A DNA stretch of 63,304 bases, filler included, from Collodictyon triciliatum (lineage: Eukaryota): the NCBI GenBank assembly GCA_043381765.1. It is 5 parts of 5 records of this genome, joined end to end, with 100 filler letters (N's around TTAATTAATTAA, not from the genome) between each part and the next. Parts side by side here need not be neighbours in the genome. Positions count along the whole stretch, not along the records: positions 1 to 13,166 come from JBHJMP010002042.1; positions 13,267 to 26,424 come from JBHJMP010002043.1; 3 more parts are not named here. The stretch is one strand, 5' to 3'. Positions 1 to 19,600 of the stretch are shown piece by piece. The first letter of the stretch is position 1. Each line of letters starts with the position of its first letter. The notes below the pieces were generated by a model, which was not told the origin of the DNA, ran no database searches, and saw only the letters and a list, made by a program, of their open reading frames with translations. The translations under genes were made by a program, and so were the position numbers.

Positions 1-74
<74 letters not shown>
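1..74. repeat. (AAT)n microsatellite at the start of the window
   Basis: Perfect ATA/AAT triplet run. Confidence 0.97.
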
Positions 75-75
<1 letters not shown>

Positions 76-242
76 GTTTGTCATTTATCTCTCACTAAAC
101 AAAAGTTTAATTTTCCCAGACTCGCCCAGACCGAAGAAAGATTAAGTATAAAAATTATTTAATTCGCATAATTTCACCGGGCACATCCAGCATATCTTCA
201 TTGAAGGTTGTCTTAGAATTTGACCCTAAATAATTAATTTAG

Positions 243-8007
<7,765 letters not shown>

Positions 8008-8269
8008 ATTGAAAGGAACAATATATATAAAACATCCCAACTTCGTTTCTTAAAAATTTTGTATCGGCCAACTGAACTCCAAATCCTCCTTATATATCAT
8101 GCCTCCTTAGAAGCGCACTAGGATAAATTTGCAATTGATGCTGATATTGTTATCTCGGGTCCATTTTCTCTCTCTCTAAAAAAAAAATAAAAAAATTAAT
8201 AATAATAATAATAATAACAAAACAGGCCTTACGTCCCCTAAGCCACACGCACTTAAAACAACTTCCGAC

Positions 8270-9071
8270 ATGAGCAAATCCGTCTCGGCTGATGAAGTGT
8301 CTGCAAAGTTTGCCTTTTAATTCACGCATATTTCTCACCGAGTTATATACTGTCATCTGTCACTGAGATTCAAGTCTGTTTGTGAACTATAATTGTATGC
8401 TAGGGTTTGTTTGACATATTTTATGTGCTACCTCGACATGGTAGATACAACATTTGACATATATCATTCGAAATTGCAGTTTATCATACCAGCTGGCGAA
8501 GCAGATTGGCAGCACTGCAAACAAGTTGAGAAAAGGGAAAATAAGCGTAGGGAGTGAAGACATGGCAGAGTAAGTTCCTCGTAAGCCATAGCAACACACT
8601 TACTTTTGTGTCATTCTTGCAGTTATGTTCTATTCTATTCTGTTCTATTCCATCGTATTATATCAAATGGGAAAAGAAAAGCCAGACCAACCTTGATGAC
8701 TTTTCAACAGAATTACCTAATTTTTTCTCATTGTTTTCTAATAAATCTAACAAATGCAGGAATTTACGGAGGACTAAAGTGAAAATCAACACTCCTTTCA
8801 GCCTCACCGGTAGAAATCTGTTGGAGAATGAAAGGTAAGCAATGTGACTCATAAATAATATCTATGATGTTTTTCGATAATGACTTGTCTCTCTTTTTTT
8901 CTTTTCTTTTGATACATATTCTTTTCCGTTAATGAATAATCATCTTGATTGATTTTTTTCCCTACTCCTTATCCTTGTATGATTTTCTACTGTAACATCT
9001 TATCCATTCTCTTGCACTTTTTTTTGGATGGATGCAGCAGTGATTCTGGAGACAATCTGCCCATGGAATAA
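8270..9071 (+). CDS. 77-aa four-exon microprotein, join(8270..8307,8480..8569,8760..8834,9041..9071)
   Basis: Three phase-2 GT-AG introns splice into one open frame from ATG to TAA: MSKSVSADEVSANLSYQLAKQIGSTANKLRKGKISVGSEDMAEENLRRTKVKINTPFSLTGRNLLENESDSGDNLPME. Confidence 0.6.
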
Positions 9072-9709
9072 GCAGCAGAAAGCTTCGAGAGAGTAAAATA
9101 AGAAGGAAAGAAAGAGGGATAAAAATGACCCACAGACACTCCTCCTTTATACCAACAATTAAATTGAAGACTTCTACATCTAATATTAAGAAACAAGAAA
9201 ATACAAATAAAGAAAAAATATCTTAGCAAGCGAAAAAAAAAATGCACACGAGCCATAATCTTAAAGAACTTTGTTTCATTCCTACCAACACAAAAAAATA
9301 TTATTATTTTTAGTTTGTCGTTTTATTCAAAATTATTATAGTTTATTTCTCAAAAAGAAAATAATATTAATTTTTTTTCATCATATTATATCGTGTGCCA
9401 GTACCGATATTCATGTTGGCACAGTGTCATTGAAACACTCCTCCGTTCATAAGCTCTTCATTTTCCTTTTCCTTTTCCTTCATTTTCTCCTTCCCTATGT
9501 GTCTCTCACTGTCCTTACCTCTATTCCCTTTCATTATGCTCTTTTTCTTCATCTTTTTTTTTTCCCTCCTTTCTTCCGTCTCCTCCAAATCAAAAGAACC
9601 CACCAGAAAATAGGAGGAAAAAAAAAAGAAGGGAAAGATGTAGGATGAATCAGATAGGCAACCAGCGAGTGCGTGGGTGTCCAGGAGCGCGACAGAACGG
9701 AGCTGCGCA

Positions 9710-11995
9710 TTACTGAGTCAGCCTGGCCTTCTTCAGGCGGGACGCAACACCCTTTTTCAGGGCAGTGACAAAGCGAAGGATGTTGTTTTTTGAAGCAGGC
9801 AGGACCTCGCTATTGTGCATGCCTTTGTCCCACTCGCGCTGCAGTTTGGCTTCGCTCCAGTTGAGAGCGCGCCCGGCCCGCGGCCCGAGACGGCGCTCAA
9901 AGAACTCGCCCTTTGTGCGGTAGCGGTAGTGATAAGTCTTGAGCAGGCCTTTTGCATCCTGGGCATAGCTGACAGGCTTCTGCCCCAGGTCGCGCTTGAG
10001 CCGGACATAGTGCGGCCCAAAGTTCTGCATCCCGGCGACATAGGCCGGCTGGAAGGTGGACTTTGGGAAGGGCGAGGAGGACTCTGTGACGTTTGTGCAG
10101 ATCTCCACAATCAGCTCGTGCATCTTGCGCCGCTTGTCGCCGCACGGCCCAAACGTGACCCAGTGTGTGTGGATGTAATGCGCCTTGGGGAACTTGTCGC
10201 GGAGGACGGCTCTGACGGTCGGGTATTCCTTGGCCGGGACCAGAAACTCGTCCACGTCGATGAGGCTCATCCACTTGGTGCGGTACCCGAAGCGGTTGAT
10301 GCAGTCTGTAAACGCCTCTGTTTGGGAGTGAAGATGCGGCCAGTATTGGCGCGCAATCAGGAACGGATACGAGCGAATCACCTTCTCCATGACCTCGTCC
10401 GGCTCGCCAGGTGGGTTGTTGTCGTAGAGAATGAAGCGGCGGTAGCCCATGAGAATGTGGAATTCAATCCACTCCACAAGGTTGGCGCCTTCCTTTCGCA
10501 CTATGGCGCATATGGTCATGAAGGTGTTTGAGAGTCTCTTGTCGCGCGGCTCAACCTTGAAAGGGAATGGCGCCGAGAAGATCAACGGGTTGTAGGCCAG
10601 CCGCAGAGTGGTGCTGTTTGTGACCCGGTTGGGCTTTGGGCAGTACGCGAAGGAAACGTCCCCGACAACAGCGGGATATATCTCTGCATCATGGTCTTGG
10701 TCTTCCTCGAGTTCCTGTCCGCGTTTTTTGAGGGCGAACTCCATGACCTGGTGGGTGTCGTCGTCTTTTGCAAGGGAAGAAGGCGGTTGGTGCCCAGAGT
10801 CGGCCCTTTTCGCAGATGGATGCTGGTAGACACAATAGACCTGGTTGCACTTGTTTGGCCTGAGGATGTTTGGTAGGTAGTAGGAAATGACAAGGACCAG
10901 GTCATCGCGCGGATCTTGCAGAACAGAGCGGATCAAGAACGGGCGAGTCTTATCAGCCACAACGTCGTAGTAATGGTAGTAGATCACCTTCTGCCCCAGC
11001 TCGATGCGGGCGCTCCTTTCGATCCAGGAGAAGCCATTGCAGTCGATGCCGTAGTATGTCGGGCACGTCACGATTGTGGAGTTGATGCATGTGGCCGTGG
11101 TCACCTGGTCCAGAATCACGGGATCATTCTGGTGCGTGTTGAACTTGCGGAAGTGGCATTGCAGAGAAGGGAGAGGCAGCTCCTGGTCCCCAGCATCTTT
11201 TGCATCTCGCAGCTTTGTCTGATCCGGAGTGGATTTACACCGGAGATTGCTTGCTAGATGCACCGTGATTACACGCTTCAGGCTGCAATGTGATACGCAT
11301 GTGTTTCTCTGCTCTGTTCCTGTGCGCTGCTGAATCCGTCTCAGCCGCCAGCCGAAATCGTCCTTGCCCAGTCCAGAAAGGGTGCCCTCCCACGGCTGCT
11401 CCTCAAAGGCCAGCTCGGGTGTTGCTGAGGTTCTCGAGATTCTATAGTCCGCGCTGGGATTGTTTATGCCTAGACGATTTACAGGGTCCACAGAGCGGGG
11501 CAATGAGTTGTTTTGAGCGCTTCGGTATTGCGGTGTCTGGGAGACGTGAGACTGGTCGGGAGCATGGTCTCTGTTGTGGTGTGCGTTGTAATTGCCGTTT
11601 TTGGGGTGGTGACGGTGATTATCATGAGGTATGTGTTCGTGTTTTGTTTTTGTTTTGTCTGCGTTGAGGTCGATGTTGTCTTTGATGTTGCTGCCGTCGT
11701 CATTATCATTACCATTACCATTATCATTGTCGTTATCATCGTTATGGTCATGGTTATGGTCGTTATCATCTATGTAGTGGTTATTGATATTGTCTACGTC
11801 GTTGTTGTTGTTGTCGTCGTCATCTTCGGCTTCAATGCCGTCAAGCCAAGATAGACTATTTGGATCTCCTGTGTCTGTTCTAAGTTCAGTTCGGAGTGTT
11901 CGTTCTGTTTGGAAAAAGCTGACTTCCAGCAGGAAAAATGTGATATTGATGACGAGAAGAAGACCAACGGAGCGGAGGCTGGTGCGGCTGGCCAT
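9710..11995 (-). CDS. Glycosyltransferase family 92 / GT2-like (DUF23), type II membrane protein, intronless
   Basis: N-terminal TM (VGLLLVINITFFLL) and D/N/H-rich stem. C-terminal GT92 motifs: MTICAIVRKEGANLVEWIEFHILMGYRRFILYDNN, QTEAFTDCINRF and WMSLIDVDEFL (DxD). First ATG at 11995. Confidence 0.85.
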   Translation of the reverse strand: MASRTSLRSVGLLLVINITFFLLEVSFFQTERTLRTELRTDTGDPNSLSWLDGIEAEDDDDNNNNDVDNINNHYIDDNDHNHDHNDDNDNDNGNGNDNDDGSNIKDNIDLNADKTKTKHEHIPHDNHRHHPKNGNYNAHHNRDHAPDQSHVSQTPQYRSAQNNSLPRSVDPVNRLGINNPSADYRISRTSATPELAFEEQPWEGTLSGLGKDDFGWRLRRIQQRTGTEQRNTCVSHCSLKRVITVHLASNLRCKSTPDQTKLRDAKDAGDQELPLPSLQCHFRKFNTHQNDPVILDQVTTATCINSTIVTCPTYYGIDCNGFSWIERSARIELGQKVIYYHYYDVVADKTRPFLIRSVLQDPRDDLVLVISYYLPNILRPNKCNQVYCVYQHPSAKRADSGHQPPSSLAKDDDTHQVMEFALKKRGQELEEDQDHDAEIYPAVVGDVSFAYCPKPNRVTNSTTLRLAYNPLIFSAPFPFKVEPRDKRLSNTFMTICAIVRKEGANLVEWIEFHILMGYRRFILYDNNPPGEPDEVMEKVIRSYPFLIARQYWPHLHSQTEAFTDCINRFGYRTKWMSLIDVDEFLVPAKEYPTVRAVLRDKFPKAHYIHTHWVTFGPCGDKRRKMHELIVEICTNVTESSSPFPKSTFQPAYVAGMQNFGPHYVRLKRDLGQKPVSYAQDAKGLLKTYHYRYRTKGEFFERRLGPRAGRALNWSEAKLQREWDKGMHNSEVLPASKNNILRFVTALKKGVASRLKKARLTQ

Positions 11996-12063
11996 TGGCA
12001 AAGATGGAATGCGCTTTTCTAGATTTGTTGTATTTTTTCTTTTACGTTTTTTTTACTTTTACT

Positions 12064-12114
12064 TTATTATTATTATTGTTATTGTTATTATTGTTATTAT
12101 TATTGTTATTGTTA

Positions 12115-12193
<79 letters not shown>

Positions 12194-12360
12194 CTTTCTG
12201 TTTTCATATCCTCTTTCTCTTTCTCACTCTTCCTCACTCTTTCTCACTCTTTCTCACTCTTTCTCACTCTTTCTCACTCTTTCTCACTCTTCCTCACTCT
12301 TCCTCACTCTTCCTCACTCTTCCTCACTCTTCCTCACTCTTCCTCACTCTTCCTCACTCA
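12064..12360. repeat. (ATT/GTT)n followed by (TTCTCACTCT/TCCTCACTCT)n decamer repeat
   Basis: Direct inspection. Confidence 0.9.
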
Positions 12361-12729
12361 TTCTTTGGACCTTCCTGTTTCGAAGAATCAACAGCACCAG
12401 GCCGAAAGTGCAGCTGTTGGGGTTCAAACACGTATTAACATTCATTCGTTCATTATTATTATTATTTTAGAAGAAGAAAAAAAAAACACAGGATAATAGG
12501 AACAGAAATGAAAACTAAGCCAGAACAATGAAGCAAAGAGAAACAAAAAGAACAAGGAGAGGAGAGGAGAGGCACCCCCGTTTGCGGGAAGAGCGTGAAA
12601 GGGAAGCAAGAAAGCCTGGTACGTCTTAAAGTTGTAGTGCGTTTTGTCCAAAGAGGAAATTTACCAATGCGCATCAAAGCCGAACTCGCTGCGCTCTTTT
12701 CCGATCAACCCCAGTATTGCCTCATTTCC

Positions 12730-13166
12730 TTTCCATTTTTTCCATTTTTTCCTTTTCTTTATTCTTTTTATTCTTTTCTTTATTCTTCTTTATTCTTTTT
12801 TATTCTTTTTTATTCTTTTTTATCCTTTTCTTTATCCTTTTCTTTATTCTTCTTTATCCTTTTCTTTATCCTTTTTTATCCTTTTTTACCCTTTTTTTAT
12901 CCTTTTTTTACCCTTTTTTTATCCTTTTTTTATCCTTTTTTTTACCCTTTTTATCCTTTTCTTTATTCTTTTTATCCTTTTCTTTATTCTTTTTATTCTT
13001 TTCTTTATTCTTTTTATCCTTTTCTTTATTCTTTTTATGCTATTCTTTTTATGCTATTCTTTTTATGCTATTCTTTTTATTCTTTTTATTCTTTTTATTC
13101 TTTTTATTCTTTTTATTCTTTTTATTCTTTTTATTCTTTTTATTCTTTTTATTCTTTTTATTCTTT
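12730..13166. repeat. Degenerate (TTATTCTTT)n low-complexity tract at contig end
   Basis: Direct inspection. Confidence 0.9.
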
Positions 13167-13266
13167 NNNNNNNNNNNNNNNNNNNNNNNNNNNNNNNNNN
13201 NNNNNNNNNNTTAATTAATTAANNNNNNNNNNNNNNNNNNNNNNNNNNNNNNNNNNNNNNNNNNNN
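13167..13266. other. Artificial contig spacer (N44-TTAATTAATTAA-N44)
   Basis: 100-bp spacer with a six-frame stop linker, identical at four places. Confidence 0.98.
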
Positions 13267-15760
13267 AAACGCATGGTCTGTTATTAATGGGTGGAGGGAG
13301 ACCCTCCGTGAGAGCAGCAGCGCTCTCGTTCTGTTCAGTTGTGTTTGCGGATATCTGTGTTGACTCGGTCGTGGTAGTTGTGAGTGTTTCTGTGGCTATG
13401 GTTGTTGTATTTGTTTCGGAAGTTATTATTGGTGTCTCAGCATGCAGCTTTCGGGATTTTGGCGCTGATAGTTTCCTTCTGTGTTGTGCGGGTGACGCTA
13501 CGGCCTCTGCGGTGGAAGGTCGTGTGTTTTCCGGCGAGGCTGTCAGTTCTGTGCTCGCTCTTTTTGGGCTAGGGCTTGTGCGAGCAATATACATGGGTGT
13601 TACAGAATGCTGGTGGTTTGTTTTGTTAGAGGCGCTCTCGAATCTTGGGAATTTCGGTGTGAAGCTGACGCTGCTCTGGGGTGTTCCTGATGCAGTCCCT
13701 GTCTCTTGGGATTCAAGTGAGAGATAGAGCGAGTCGTTGCTGGAGTTTGCTTCTTTAGGGCTATTCGATTTTTGCACGTGCTTTGCTGGGGTCGCATCGG
13801 GGCTCTTCCGGAGCATGAAGCTGGCTATGTTCGTTTGTTTTGACGAGTTGGATTGAGGCGCTGGTGAAGGCCTTTCTGCTCTCGGTGGTTTAGATTGGGG
13901 TTTGGGGCTCGAGCTTGCTGTTGGTGTATTTGGTTTAGTCGTCTTCCTCTCAGGGGTTCTTCCAGTCGAAGAAGCTGTGCCTTGGTCTGTTTGTTCGGTT
14001 GGTTTCAGGGTGATGCGCATTTCCAAATTCTCACCTACTTTCTTTGGGAGTTCCTTGCGAGAGGAGCTTCTTGGTTGGGTGGCGGTAATGGGCTGAGGTG
14101 GTTCATCGTCCTCGTCTTCCATGACTTCGGGTGGTGGTGTTCGGGAGGGTTGGGCCGTCTTTCACCCCTGGACTGCGTGGGTTGCGAGTGTTTGCGGTTG
14201 GGTTTTCCGTGGTATTTGCCCTGGTGCTTGTTATGTTTGATATCGTGTTGGGGCTTCTCCTTCCGTTTAGGGAGGAGTATGAAGGGGACGTGGAATCCTT
14301 GCAGGTTTATTTTCTTATTTGTCACTCTGGACAGTTCTAATGCCGGGAACTTGACCAGCGCGTCATTGGTCCAGATACCGTCCACAGCTTCGTAGTAAAC
14401 TATGGTAGGCGAAAATAATACTTTGCAGGCCTCTTCAATGTCTTCCTTGGTGAAGCCTGGGGGGATATCGCCGATGATAGCGGAGTGGAGTGGTGGCCTC
14501 TCTTGGTATGGGCGGAAAAAGTGGCCAAGCAGTTTTATACTGTCCTGCTTTGGCAAACTTTACGGCTTTTTGTTGGTGCGTGAAGGCTACTGTGTATCCT
14601 TGGGGTTGGTCGTACAGTTGCATCATCACGTTCTCCTCGTAGCACTTGAGTTTTTAAGGACTTGGTCAAGTTCTTTCTTCGCTTGGTTGCGGGCTTCGTG
14701 GTTCTGGGGCAGTTTGTGCTTACCTCCAATGAGGAAGTAACAGCCGGCTCCGTACAGATTCTGCTCTTGGGCTCTCTTTGATCGGCGGATCGGTGTGGCC
14801 AAGGAGACTTGGTCGAGTTGTGTCCTCGATTCTCGTGCGTTCGAGTGTGTTTGTCTCAAGCTTGCGCTTTCGACCTATACACCCGAGTCAAAATCCATGT
14901 GTTTTTCCTGACAAGATTGAAGAATATCAATGGTTGCATTATTACCGCGAGCATAATCTTGCTGCACTGTCCTCAGGCCCTTTCCTCCCTTGTTTTGGCA
15001 CCGGAGGCGACATTGGCTGATACGTTGGCTCGCTGGTTACTCGGTACTTTCTCCCAGCCTCTATTACTGGTCTTCAGTGGCGCGAGAGCTTTGGACTTGG
15101 GTTCGCGGCGATGCACGGGGACATTGAGTCTATTGATGGTGATGAAGTCAGGGACTTTGCCCTCATCTGATTCTTTGTAGGTCACGTGGGTGTCCATGAA
15201 GATGCGGCCTTGTTGGGTGCAGTTGACCCTATCGGGTTGAAGCGTTTCTTGCAAGCAGCCATTATGTCTTTCTAGACGGTGCCGAGCAGGATGTTGGTCA
15301 GTCGGGCTGCTTCAACCACGATGCAGCACGGAGCCAGAGTGTACTTGTGGCCTAGCGCAGTGAAGCCACCTCTTTGGATGAAGACGCTTTCCTTCTTTTT
15401 CTTCGGAAAGGAAATTCTCAGGTCGCTCACTCGTTCATAATTCATCAAGGCGGCTTCTTTTTCGAAGCAGCTTTCGCGTGTCAAGAATTTTCCTCAGTTC
15501 GAGGGCGAAGGTCACGCTGTTTTCTCTACTTAGCACAGCCCAGCCCCTGCCTTTGGGTAGGACAGTGTACTCATCCGTGAAGTGGTCTTGTTCAGGCACT
15601 GTTTTTGATCGGAGCATTCATTGCCCCGTGACGAGAGGTATTCCATCCTCTCGCGATGCTCTCGTCTCTGATTGGAGTAAGATAGCACCTCCTCCGCTCA
15701 TGTCCGGGAAGAGTAATTGGTTGTGCTTACTTGCAAAAGGATCGAAAAGTGACGCTGATG
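13267..15760 (-). mobile_element. Decayed intronless ORF with two tandem RRM-like modules and a long S/T/P-rich tail; probably ORF1 of a non-LTR retrotransposon, 3'-truncated by the contig end
   Basis: GC-richer intron-free block. ORF fragments rejoin across frameshifts (AVKFAK/QDSIKLLG via one extra A near 14550) and an in-frame TAG. Internal repeat: LTNILLGTV*KDIMAACKKRFNP versus IGDIPPGFTKEDIEEACKVLFSP. No RT or endonuclease is visible, so the element class is inferred. Confidence 0.45.
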
Positions 15761-15788
15761 GGTAGATACATGGATAAGAAAATTAATA

Positions 15789-15958
15789 AATTCATATGGG
15801 ATGATTGCTTACCCGACGGCTCCATGCTTAAAGAACTGGTCTCTCTCATTTTGCATGTCTCGGAAGTCGATGACAGAAATATGTGAAGGACTCGCTCGTC
15901 GCGAATGACAAGTTCAAGAGATTTTGGTGTTGTGTATCGTCACGGAGCAGGAACCCAC
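15789..15958 (-). pseudogene. Inverted, pseudogenised copy of the DUF4062 exon and donor of the adjacent STAND gene
   Basis: The reverse complement aligns at high identity to 17751-17920, with a CGA>TGA stop (WVPAP*R) and a 1-bp deletion in SSTF. Confidence 0.85.
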
Positions 15959-16602
15959 ATTTGGCTTGTGCCTCATCACACCGTTGAATAAGGGAAAATG
16001 ATGGAAATATGGAGAAATGCCCATTTCTTCTGCTGCCATTTCTATTCCTTCATTAGTAAATACTCAGCTCTGTTCATATGTTTCCGTTCCACCTCTTCCC
16101 TTTTTCTGGTTGTCTTTTTATATAGCTGCGGATGTTTCGGTCAATTAGCTTTGATTAATCGAAATTAGGTGATGGGGCGTCTTGGTTTTGGGATTTGTCT
16201 TGCTGTTTGGCAGGGGCGAATATTACAAATAGAGCACTGGCTAAATTGGACGCGGTGGCAAGACACATAATGTTTGAATAGGATAACATACGTAATACAT
16301 GAGTTAGGTTCACTTAATTGTAAAGCATCTTTAGACCACATACATATATATGAAAACGAATTTAAAGTGTAAATTCCACAAATATTCTCCCAGCTCAATG
16401 ATTGCCTAGATTGGTTGTTTCTGTAAATACACACACAATCACACACACTATGAGCGAGACTGGATAAAGCCTGCACGCTTCCCTGTATTGTTTCGATGAA
16501 AACCGACACTTGTTGCCTAGACTAGAGAACTGTTTTCTCTCTCTTTTTTTGAGTCCTTTCAACCTTTTTCTCTTTCCTTTGGGTAGACCCCCTTTGATCG
16601 CC

Positions 16603-19600
16603 ATGAGCAGCACGCCACGAGACGTTGTGAACATGGAGGAGGTTTTTTTTGGTTACGATGAAACACTATATTAATTGCATGATTTACTTGTATGCAGCCT
16701 TTTCTTTTCTTTTTATAGATCATATAGTTTGATATAACGAATCCTTCAACCAGGGGCTTCTCGAATGGGTCAACTACCAACTCGGCAAGATCGAGATCAG
16801 TGCGAAAAAAATCCGTGATGACATGGAAGACGGCTTCTTTATTGTCTTGTTGCTGGAGCTTATCACGGGAGATCGCCTTCAGTCTCATCATTCACGTTTA
16901 TTTTTGTGATTAGGATTTTCTTTCTTCTCTTTCTCTCTCTCTCTTCCCTCTTTTTCTTCTCTTTCTATTCCTCTTTTTTTGCTGTTTCTTATCATTAGAT
17001 GAAACTGAGACTATTACATGATTCATTCTAGCCATCAACCCATCGAGGAAAAGCCCCTCATAGCAGAGAATCATGGCGCCATCCGCAGCTGGTTTGCAGA
17101 CAAGTCGGATTTTCCCAACGAGGACACTGCAGCAATTTGGAGCTTTAGTTTTAGAAGTAATTCATGCTTATCTTACCATAGCTTTTTGCTAAACAAAGCA
17201 GACAAATAAGCAAACAAAAGGTTTGGAAATATTGGATTCAAAATATATAATGCCTTTCAGAGATCGTCCAGAGAATATTGTGGTATCTCATCACCAAATC
17301 AGTGGGATACAGAGTAAAGCTTAAGGTATTTAAATATTCGCATACTGTTCATCCAATATGTGAAGAATAAATAGCATCGGCCATATAAATAGAAGCACTC
17401 TCTCGGAAGATTCCAAGAAGCCAAGAATCTGTTTGAAAAAGTCAAAGCACCTTTTCCTTTCGAAGGTGATATATTACCCGGATGCAATTTCTGTAAATAT
17501 AATAATTTACAACGATGCTGGTATTTCAATTGCCATGTCGCTCTCTAAAACACCTAAAAATATCAGGACTCGGTTTGGAAGAAAAGGGATCGACAGTTTT
17601 CATTCGCACATGCATCCTACTAGACAAGGTTGCCTTCCATATTTATTTTTGTTTTCATAGATAAGTTTATCTAGATATGGGATATTTATTTATTTTTGTT
17701 GGACAGATGAACACAATTCGAAACGAGCTAAAGGAAAGCCGAATCAAGAAGTGGGTTCCTGCTCCGCGACGATACACAACACCAAAACCTCTTGAACTTA
17801 CCATTCACGACGAGCGAGTCCTTCGCATATTTCTGTCATCGACCTTCCGAGACATGCAAAATGAGAGAGACCAGTTCTTTCAGCATGGAGCTGTCGAGTG
17901 AGTACTCATCCAAAATGAATTTTTTTCAGGTCGGCCATCCCATATAAAGTTTATGTATCGATATATCTAAACATCGTTAAAACCAAAACTTTTGAATACC
18001 ACAGGCTTAAGATTCATGCAAAGACACTGAGCTTCGAGCTTGTCTTCATCGACTTGCGCTGGGGACTCACATCCAAAGATAGCAACGAAGGATGGGTATA
18101 TTTACTTTACAATCTTCTTTTCATCATCATCTTTGTCAACAACCAACATATACCTTTATTCTATTTAGTTGCTTTATTCAATAAATACAATATTGAAAGG
18201 TTGTTATTCGATGCCTGGACTCGATTAAAAAATGCCCCTATTTTGTTTGCTCTCTTGGTGCTCGCTACGGGTGGATTCCCAACCAAAGCTCAACAGAATT
18301 GAATCTAACTGAGAGGTTTGAAAAACTGAAAGAAACCAAACCTAACGCCCACATCAACGAGGTTGGTATTGAATGGAGGTCGGAAACATGCAAGCGCTTT
18401 CCTTTCATCGAACAATTACCTGGACTGAGTGTTACAGAATATGAGGTAAGGTGACTAAAATATCAGAGCCCAGCTCAGTCAGCGTTGAAAAAAAGAAAAG
18501 ACACTGAAAACTACACTTGTTGAAATTTCCGCCACTTTAATAGATCCAATATGCTGCCATGATTTCAAAACCTGCTTGTAGTCGTGTTTTCTTTTATTTA
18601 CGGGACGAGGTTTATGCTGTCGCGCATGCAAGGTCAGAGGAAGAGAGGAAGCTCTACCAATCAGACGGCGACGAGGGTGTATGATTATACGTGATTCTGA
18701 ATATATATTTGTATCTATTATATTATCAAATTACTACTTTGGTTTGATTAATTTGTAAAATTTATCCTGCCTAGCGCCGACGCCAAGAGCTTCTGAAGGA
18801 AAAGGTCAAGGAGAAATATGGGCATTTTGTTTACAAAGAACCTAAAGAATACTCTGACTTGGTGACCCACCACCTGATTTATGCCATGAATCAAGATTTT
18901 TCCAATATAATGGTAAGATCAACGGAATCAAAACACATTATTTGATGACATTGTCAAAAGCGAAGACATGTATCTTGAATCGTAATTTATTTAATCAGGC
19001 AAGAGATCCAGAAGACCAAGCGCATCATCAATTTAAGATGCATCGCTTGGTGGGGTTCGGAGGTCGCAAATCACTCCTGGAAGAAATAAAAGAGAAGGTA
19101 TCTTTTTCATACCATATCTGAAGATTTTATGAAATAAAAAATATTTAAAGAAAATTTTCTGACAAATCAATACCTCTGCAGGCTTTGACCGGGCTAAACA
19201 GCGATGATACAGATATTATCTTGCTGGCCGCAAAGTCCGGTATAGGAAAATCCTCTTTAATGGCCGCGAGTATTCGTAATTTTGAAAGTTTGAAGAGGGA
19301 AAACCTTTGCATCTTTTACCATTTCGTCGGCTGTACAAATGTCAGCAACTATGTGGAAAAGTACTTAATTTAGAACACCATTTCCTTCTAAAATAATTTC
19401 GATGGGATTGTGCTTCTCGAAATTAAATGCCGATTAATACATGTAAGTATTTCGACTCGCTTTTGGAAATTGGTAGCCAATAAAACTCAACTCACTGATA
19501 TTGCTCGCGATTCCATGGACCCAGGTAGTCACCAGCAATTCGCTATATATCTATGTAGTTATCTGACTTCATTTTATTATCAATAGTGCATGAGAAGAAA

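Noticed and set aside
12220-12360. CRISPR-like or telomeric array
   Set aside because: Head-to-tail tandem repeat with no unique spacers, and not a recognisable telomere unit.
11784-13222. Long hydrophobic ORFs (poly-I, poly-L, FYS repeats)
   Set aside because: Simple-repeat translations with no coding signal.
13211-13222. Palindromic TTAATTAATTAA as a biological element
   Set aside because: Synthetic six-frame stop linker inside N padding.
16559-16891. 110-aa minus-strand ORF
   Set aside because: Antisense shadow of the plus-strand CH-domain exon, which has a clear paralog at 46988-47140.
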